Translations under genes and position numbers: made by a program
Shown here: in pieces, positions 58,711 through 64,000 of the stretch
How positions within the stretch are numbered: position 1 is the stretch's first letter
Layout: each line of letters starts with the position of its first letter
Notes under the pieces: model-generated
Seen by the model: the letters and a program-made list of their open reading frames with translations, nothing else
Told to the model about the DNA's origin: nothing
The model's database searches: none
Origin: Candidatus Saccharimonadota bacterium
GTDB lineage: Bacteria > Patescibacteriota > Saccharimonadia > Saccharimonadales > UBA10212
Assembly: GCA_016187125.1 (NCBI GenBank)
Contig: JACPKF010000001.1
Span: forward strand, 302,178-366,177
DNA length: 64,000 nucleotides
Direction: 5' to 3'

Positions 58711-59265
58711 TTATACCTTAACTTTTTCTTTGATTATCTCAACGAGTTTGGGAAATTTTTTATATCTCGGGTCGATGTGGGAACTGAAGTGCTGTCCACC
58801 CGGAATTAATACAAACTCTGCCTCCAATTTTTCGGCTATCCATTTGGCTCCTTCTAGTGGGCAGTATGGATCATTATCGGAGTGAATGACGATAAACTTT
58901 TTAGCTTTTTGATTTAGCCTTTCGTAGTCAAAATCAATGTCAACACCTTTTAAATCTTCCCTGCCTAAATCACCACGGAAGGTGCCCACCAAAACCGCAG
59001 TATCAACTTTAGTGCCAGCTGGCAGAGCTTGCAGCAAACCTATAACGGCTACCGCACCCGACGAGTGACCTATAACCAAATTATCTTGAAAATCCCAGCC
59101 GCTGTCCAGCAGAAACTTATTGTACCGGGCGATGTTTGGCTCTTGGGCCTGAGGTAAATCTGGCACCCAAACTTCAAAAGCTAATTTTTCTAGCTCCTTT
59201 TTCAGCCAAGGAAACCAGTTACTGGCATGGCTCGAGCCTGTTCCATGAAGAATGACGGCTTTCAC
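58711..59265 (-). CDS. YdeN/RBBP9-type serine hydrolase (alpha/beta fold)
   Basis: 184 aa: AVILHGTGSSHASNWFPWL, GHSSGAV, IHSDNDPYCP. Confidence 0.7.
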   Translation of the reverse strand: MKAVILHGTGSSHASNWFPWLKKELEKLAFEVWVPDLPQAQEPNIARYNKFLLDSGWDFQDNLVIGHSSGAVAVIGLLQALPAGTKVDTAVLVGTFRGDLGREDLKGVDIDFDYERLNQKAKKFIVIHSDNDPYCPLEGAKWIAEKLEAEFVLIPGGQHFSSHIDPRYKKFPKLVEIIKEKVKV

Positions 59266-59798
59266 AGTGAAAATTCGTATATTGCTCCATTGGGGAACCG
59301 ATCTATCCGATACATTTCAGTAAATGGTAGTTCTTGATGAATTATCCTCAGTATTCTACTTACTCCTCCGTGACTTACAACCAATATCCGATCTTCTTTT
59401 AAATTTTTTAACCAGTCTAGTCCTTTGCTAATCCGTGCATGCATCACTTCAGCAGTTTCGGCGCTTTCATGTAAAGTATCGGCCAAGGCATCCGCTAGGT
59501 AGATTTTATCTGGTTTATGGGAATAAACTCCGTATGCCCGCTCGATAAAGTAAGGACTGGTTATTATTTTCTTGGGGTCATAGCCCATTTCTTTGGCTAT
59601 GATCGTTGCCGTATCTACGGTTCTACTTAACGGTGAACATATGATGAGTTGGATTTGTTTATGTTTGAGATCTTTACCGGCCTTTTTTGCTTGTGCCCGA
59701 CCATTATCAGTTAGTGGGGTGTCAAACTCAGATCCAGAACCAAGACTAGCAACGTTTGCCTCACTCTCCCCATGGCGCACGAAATAAATTGTTTTCAT
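59262..59798 (-). CDS. histidine phosphatase family protein (phosphoglycerate-mutase-like)
   Basis: 178 aa: IYFVRHGESEAN, VVSHGG. Confidence 0.8.
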   Translation of the reverse strand: MKTIYFVRHGESEANVASLGSGSEFDTPLTDNGRAQAKKAGKDLKHKQIQLIICSPLSRTVDTATIIAKEMGYDPKKIITSPYFIERAYGVYSHKPDKIYLADALADTLHESAETAEVMHARISKGLDWLKNLKEDRILVVSHGGVSRILRIIHQELPFTEMYRIDRFPNGAIYEFSL

Positions 59799-61309
59799 TT
59801 AGCAAATTCGATGGCGCGGGTTTCACGGATAACATTAACCTTGATTGTGCCTGGATACTGCATAGTGGATTCGATTTTATTAGCCACGTCACGGGCCAGT
59901 TTAATAGCCTGCAGATCATTGATTTCTTTGGGCTGCACAATCACTCGGACTTCGCGACCGGCGCTGATAGCGTAAACTTTTTCTACGCCGTCGAAGCCTT
60001 TGGCAGTATTCTCTAAGTCCTTTAAGCGCTCCACAAAGCCTTCGGCGCTGATGTTACGGGCGCCCGGACGGGCACCGCTTATGGCATCGCAGACCCTGAC
60101 AATCAGAGCTTCTAAGCTAGTAGCCTCGACATCATCATGATGCGCTTCAGCGGCATGAGCTACTTCTTCCGGCGCCCCATACTTACGTAGCATCTCGCCG
60201 CTGATGTGATGATGCTTACCTTCAATTCTATGGGAAAGCGCCTTGCCAATATCATGCATCAAGGCGGCGTATTTGGCAATTTTAGCATCAGCCCCCAGTT
60301 CTTCGGCCAACACTCCGGCCAGCTGAGCCATTTCGGTACTATGTTTAAGAACATTTTGGCCATAACTGGTACGGTATTTAAGCTCACCAAGCAGTTGCAG
60401 GATTTCTTTGGGTACGCCGACAATTCCGACTTCACGAGCGGCATCTTCGCCAGCCCGAACAACTTCTTTTTGAACTAGGGCTTGGGCTTTTTCAACCACT
60501 TCTTCAATGCGGCCTGGATGTACACGACCGTCTTTCAGTAGCATTTCCATGGCTTGGCGGGCCACCTCACGGCGTACCGGGTCAAAACTGGAAAGTACAA
60601 TCATGCCAGGCGTTTCATCTACTAAAATATCTACGCCAGTAGCCCGTTGAAAAGCTTGAATATTGCGGCCTTCTTTGCCGATAATTCGGCCTTTCATTTC
60701 CTCGTCTTCAAGTTTTACAGCCGTAACCGTCCGCTCGGCCGTGACTTCGGAAGCCAGGCGTTCCATGGTTCCGACCAAAATCGTAGACGCCATTTCCTCG
60801 GCATTTTCTTTGGCTTCATTTTGCAGCTTAACGATGAGTCCTTCCAGATCATGAGCGATGTCACGTTCTGTCATTTGCATGAGCTTCTCGGTTGCGTCAG
60901 CTTTAGTCAGTTTGGCGATTTTTTCCAGCTTGTCTTGCTGCTTGGAGCGAATCTCGCGAATTTCATTTTTAAGGGCTTCGACTTCGTCTTCGTCCTTACG
61001 TAAACCTTGACTGCGCTTATCAAGTTCATCTAGTTTTTTGTCAAGTGACTCTTGGCGATCGAGTAATTTTTGTTCGAGTTCTTTAAGCTCGGCCCGGCGT
61101 CTTTGTTCGTCCTTACGGGCTTCGTCAACTCGCCTGTCAGCTTCCTCTTGAGCTTTATGTACCAGTGCTTCTGATTCTTTTTTGGCTTTGGTTAGTTCCT
61201 TTTTGACCTCATCGGCAGCTTTGCCTTGCGTCCGGCGGTTGTAATAAAAGCTCCCGCCAGCACCCACAAAAAGCCCGGCTATTGCCACTGCAATAGTAAG
61301 TACTATCAT
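59795..61309 (-). CDS. rny: ribonuclease Y
   Basis: 504 aa. N-terminal TM, long coiled coil, KH domain (GRIIGKEGRNIQAF), HD domain (LMHDIGKA...HHD). Confidence 0.92.
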   Translation of the reverse strand: MIVLTIAVAIAGLFVGAGGSFYYNRRTQGKAADEVKKELTKAKKESEALVHKAQEEADRRVDEARKDEQRRRAELKELEQKLLDRQESLDKKLDELDKRSQGLRKDEDEVEALKNEIREIRSKQQDKLEKIAKLTKADATEKLMQMTERDIAHDLEGLIVKLQNEAKENAEEMASTILVGTMERLASEVTAERTVTAVKLEDEEMKGRIIGKEGRNIQAFQRATGVDILVDETPGMIVLSSFDPVRREVARQAMEMLLKDGRVHPGRIEEVVEKAQALVQKEVVRAGEDAAREVGIVGVPKEILQLLGELKYRTSYGQNVLKHSTEMAQLAGVLAEELGADAKIAKYAALMHDIGKALSHRIEGKHHHISGEMLRKYGAPEEVAHAAEAHHDDVEATSLEALIVRVCDAISGARPGARNISAEGFVERLKDLENTAKGFDGVEKVYAISAGREVRVIVQPKEINDLQAIKLARDVANKIESTMQYPGTIKVNVIRETRAIEFAK

Positions 61310-61434
61310 CCTGTCCTCCTACGTGCTAGCCGCGTCGGTTTTGAGCGTTCACTATCACTTCTTTAGCTAAAACCAGGTGCGGCTATTATTCGTTCAAAAT
61401 TAATATAAGATGGATTGTTCCCAGCCCACCGAAG

Positions 61435-61450
61435 TCCGCCGGCTGGCGGA
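61435..61450. repeat. F3 variant TCCGCCGGCTGGCGGA in a longer hairpin
   Basis: CCCACCGAAGTCCGCCGGCTGGCGGACGAAGGTGGG. The same variant occurs at 18212-18227. Confidence 0.85.
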
Positions 61451-61610
61451 CGAAGGTGGGCAAAACACCAGAAAATCCTACTTATAATATACCTGCCTGG
61501 GCCTGAATTGGTCAATTACGGAATTTAAGACATGGACCCAAGAAGACTGCAGGCGTTAAATATTCCCTGAAGCTAGTCCCGATGATCAAAAATGATAAGC
61601 TAGACAAAGA

Positions 61611-62471
61611 ATGACTTGGCAACTGCTTCTAACTATTAGCATTCTGAGTGGTTCAGCGGCAGTGGTACTGCAACGTTATACCCAAAAGAACAGCCAATTA
61701 AATCCACTGGGGTTTATCTTTTGGCCATGTGCTATTGCGTCAGTGCTGCTGATAGGCCTGGCGCTGATTCGTGGTTTTGACACTAACTGGGCCCTGTTGC
61801 CCAAATTCAATTTGTTTTTATCCTTAATACTCTGGCCTATTTCTAACTACTTTTATGTATACGCCATGAAGCATTCGGAAGCTTCACAGTATAGCATTCT
61901 ATATACAACTAGAGTTTTTTGGACCATTTTGGTGGCGATAGTTTTTTTGCACGAACGTTTCCCAGAGGCAGTAGCAGTAGGGGCAATCTTTTTGTTTGTT
62001 AGCTGCGTTTTGGCACTTTGGGAAGAAGGGCTATCGCTACGCAACTACGGCACCATTTATCCTTTATCAAATGCTTTCCTGGCGGGCACCGCTATTGCTA
62101 ATGACGGCATTGCTTTGTCGCACGGCTACGATGTTATAAGTTACTTCACTCTATCTTTTATGGGTACGCCGGTTTTGTTTGGTTTACTTTCGTCTGCAGC
62201 GCGCTCATCGGCTATATCTATTGCCCGCAACTCCAGACAATTTTTAGGTACAGCCATGCTGGCGGCTTTATATGTAACCAGCGCAGTTACGCTTTATTAC
62301 GCATTTGGCAAGGGCCAGGAGCTGAGTATTTTAATCTCACTTAGTCAGATCGGGACAATTTTGGTGGTTATCAGTGCCGCCATCTTACTAAAAGAACGAC
62401 GCTACTTAACTCGTCGACTAGCAGCAGCGGTTGTCAGCTTCATCGGCGTTTTGTTCATTATCAACGCTTAG
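61611..62471 (+). CDS. EamA/DMT superfamily transporter
   Basis: 286 aa, about 10 TM helices. Confidence 0.7.
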   Translation: MTWQLLLTISILSGSAAVVLQRYTQKNSQLNPLGFIFWPCAIASVLLIGLALIRGFDTNWALLPKFNLFLSLILWPISNYFYVYAMKHSEASQYSILYTTRVFWTILVAIVFLHERFPEAVAVGAIFLFVSCVLALWEEGLSLRNYGTIYPLSNAFLAGTAIANDGIALSHGYDVISYFTLSFMGTPVLFGLLSSAARSSAISIARNSRQFLGTAMLAALYVTSAVTLYYAFGKGQELSILISLSQIGTILVVISAAILLKERRYLTRRLAAAVVSFIGVLFIINA

Positions 62472-62474
62472 GTT

Positions 62475-62978
62475 TTATTTTTTGGGTTTAGTTATATTTG
62501 GCGGCGAGCCATATGCAGGTACAGCGATTTTGTCTCCGCCAGCTGGCGGATTGCCGGCAAGTAAATCTTCAATCCCTTCCTGTATCCAACCTTGGCCTCT
62601 ACGCGCGACTATCGGAATATGGTTGGCAGAAGCCAAGGCATTGGCGACAGTCAGGCCAATCCGCAGGCCTGTAAAACTGCCCGGGCCTTTGAAGCAAACG
62701 ATTCCCTGGATATCATTCCAACAAACATTTGATTTGTTAAGTAATCTCTTAATTTGGGAATGAATAGTCTTGGATAACTCCAGATGGGCTTGCCATTTAA
62801 GCTGGCCGAGCTTTTTTTTGTCGTCATTGTGAAAGGTCCGTCCTTTCACACTATATAAATACAGCTCGGCCTGATGCTTATCGGTCCTAATTCCTAAGAT
62901 AGCTGTGCCCCGCTCCTTTTCAGGGTGGAGCAGTCGGTAATCAGATTGTGGAACACCTTGAAAAGGTGCGCGGGTCAT
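62475..62978 (-). CDS. tsaB: tRNA t6A biosynthesis protein TsaB (N-terminal domain type)
   Basis: KGPGSFTGLRIGLTVANALA. The ATG at 62978 overlaps the tsaE stop (ATGA). The first ~24 codons are encoded by an F5 repeat, and the C-terminus contains the F3 palindrome. Confidence 0.8.
   Translation of the reverse strand: MTRAPFQGVPQSDYRLLHPEKERGTAILGIRTDKHQAELYLYSVKGRTFHNDDKKKLGQLKWQAHLELSKTIHSQIKRLLNKSNVCWNDIQGIVCFKGPGSFTGLRIGLTVANALASANHIPIVARRGQGWIQEGIEDLLAGNPPAGGDKIAVPAYGSPPNITKPKK
62535..62550. repeat. F3 palindrome TCCGCCAGCTGGCGGA (inside tsaB)
   Basis: Exact 16-mer, translated as NPPAGG on the minus strand. Confidence 0.9.
62908..62974. repeat. structured repeat family F5 (copy 5) inside the tsaB 5' end
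   Basis: CCCCGCTCCTTTTCAGG-GTGGAGCAGTCGGTAATCAGATTGTGGAAC-ACCTTGAAAAGGTGCGCGGG. Confidence 0.7.
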
Positions 62979-63634
62979 GGGCGCAGCTCCTGCCAGCTAG
63001 TTTCCAGTTTTCGCACAAGTGCGGCTTTTGTTTCCGGATAACTGATCTTAATCTCCCTTTCCTCGGAATCATTGGCGATGGGTTTAAATTCAATTGTTAG
63101 TCTTTGCTCGGGTAAAACGTTTTGGACGATGTCGCTCCACTCCACGACCGTGACAACACACGGATTCTTTAATGATTCCACCAATTGGTCGGCCATTATG
63201 CCGGCGTCGTTCAGTCGGTAAAAATCAAAGTGGTGCAGCTCAACCCCTTTTTTACATTTATAAATTTGATTAAGGGTAAAGGTCGGACTGGAAACTATGT
63301 CTTGGCTACCCAAACCGCGGACCAGGCCACGCACAAATGTGGTTTTGCCGCCGCCTAAATCCGACCGAAGTTCTATAACCTCTTCGCCTATCGCACCGCT
63401 ACCCGGCCATCTACCCGAGGCAGATGCACCGGCAGCTCTTGGCAGATTGGTGTGTTGCCTGCTGTGGTACTCAGTCCCTGTACCAATTTGTATAGTTCCT
63501 TCCGTTCCTCGTCGGCGTCTTGCACTGCGCTCAAGTGCGACAGGCTCATGCTCATTAGTCTTAAGAAGGCTTCCTAGCAGTTCGCCGAGTCTCTCGGTAT
63601 CTTCTGAACTGGTAGAAACGGTTTGCCAAATCAT
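62975..63634 (-). CDS. tsaE: tRNA t6A biosynthesis ATPase TsaE with a ~56-aa in-frame insertion
   Basis: SSEDTERLGELLG ... (insertion) ... VIELRSDLGGGKTTFVRGL. The start is taken at MIWQT and is uncertain. Confidence 0.75.
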   Translation of the reverse strand: MIWQTVSTSSEDTERLGELLGSLLKTNEHEPVALERSARRRRGTEGTIQIGTGTEYHSRQHTNLPRAAGASASGRWPGSGAIGEEVIELRSDLGGGKTTFVRGLVRGLGSQDIVSSPTFTLNQIYKCKKGVELHHFDFYRLNDAGIMADQLVESLKNPCVVTVVEWSDIVQNVLPEQRLTIEFKPIANDSEEREIKISYPETKAALVRKLETSWQELRP

Positions 63635-63998
63635 CGCGGTACTCATATGCTGCATATGCTACTGCCAGAGCCCCGACTCCGGCAAGTACCAAGGGGTGAA
63701 GATTCCGAGAAGTTGTGGCCGGTGTTAATTTATTATTGCTAAGGGTACTAGAGGTATTAGTCGGGCTAGTAGCTTTGGCTTTCGGAGCAGCGGCCGCGTT
63801 AGTTTTTGCTGCCGGTGTAGCGGACTTCTTAGTAGCTGAGGCTACAGATGAAGGAGTAGTAGAAGGAGAACCAACGCTAAGAGATTTAATGCTCAACGGT
63901 TGGACAATAATATTGGCGGCGTTGGGCGTCGCACTACTTGTCCAATACCATTTGCCGTTTGCCAGTGACCAGCTTTGGCCGTCTTTGGCAGAGCTATA
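63561..63998 (-). CDS. hypothetical protein, N-terminus beyond window edge
   Basis: The frame is open from the right edge: ...YSSAKDGQSWSLANGKWYWTSSATP...; Ala/Thr/Ser-rich linker; TM segment HPLVLAGVGALAVAYAAY. The track shows only the TTG-started part (63561..63896). Confidence 0.55.
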   Translation of the reverse strand, partial: YSSAKDGQSWSLANGKWYWTSSATPNAANIIVQPLSIKSLSVGSPSTTPSSVASATKKSATPAAKTNAAAAPKAKATSPTNTSSTLSNNKLTPATTSRNLHPLVLAGVGALAVAYAAYEYRDDLANRFYQFRRYRETRRTARKPS

Positions 63999-64000
63999 AA

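Overview
This 64-kb chromosome segment reads like a small-genome, Gram-positive-type CPR/Patescibacteria organism, probably Saccharibacteria-like. That placement is inferred from gene content only: pgk-tpiA, murA/murB/murD/murI, RNase Y, tsaB/tsaE, metG, pcrA, a folate cluster, and LPXTG and collagen-like surface proteins. I support about 75 protein genes, including two partial genes at the window edges and several small ORFs missing from the ORF track. I also support 9 tRNAs, all with encoded CCA, and one unusually long tmRNA of about 596 nt. No rRNA, CRISPR array, integrase or prophage was seen. The most unusual property is the density of distinct palindromic or structured repeat families. 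(1) Two different palindromes each bracket their own IS200/RAYT-type HUH-Y1 gene, which is REPtron-like architecture. (2) A 103-nt element with terminal inverted repeats abuts the ATG of peptidoglycan-related genes. (3) The 16-nt palindrome TCCGCCAGCTGGCGGA occurs 6 times, twice in-frame inside housekeeping genes. (4) A larger structured repeat shares its outer stem with the leader/trailer stem of a tRNA. (5) A roughly 115-nt promoter-plus-leader cassette with a covarying hairpin precedes 5 tRNAs and the tmRNA. Other notable items follow. An HTH(XRE)-MurA fusion lies behind a 46-bp perfect palindrome. A mercury/thiol-redox accessory block (about 29.5-37.9 kb) lies next to a tRNA-Arg; it includes a pore-less voltage-sensor-domain protein coupled to an ICMT-like protein and a tandem C2H2 zinc-finger protein. 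An archaeal-type CarS-like gene is paired with a CDP-alcohol phosphatidyltransferase. A 1-kb insertion flanked by direct repeats carries a Tmk-like kinase and a GIY-YIG pseudogene. There are also a tRNA 3'-end duplication scar, a LAGLIDADG-like gene between tRNAs, and a serpin. All functional calls come from motif recognition by eye. No database search, folding or statistics could be run.
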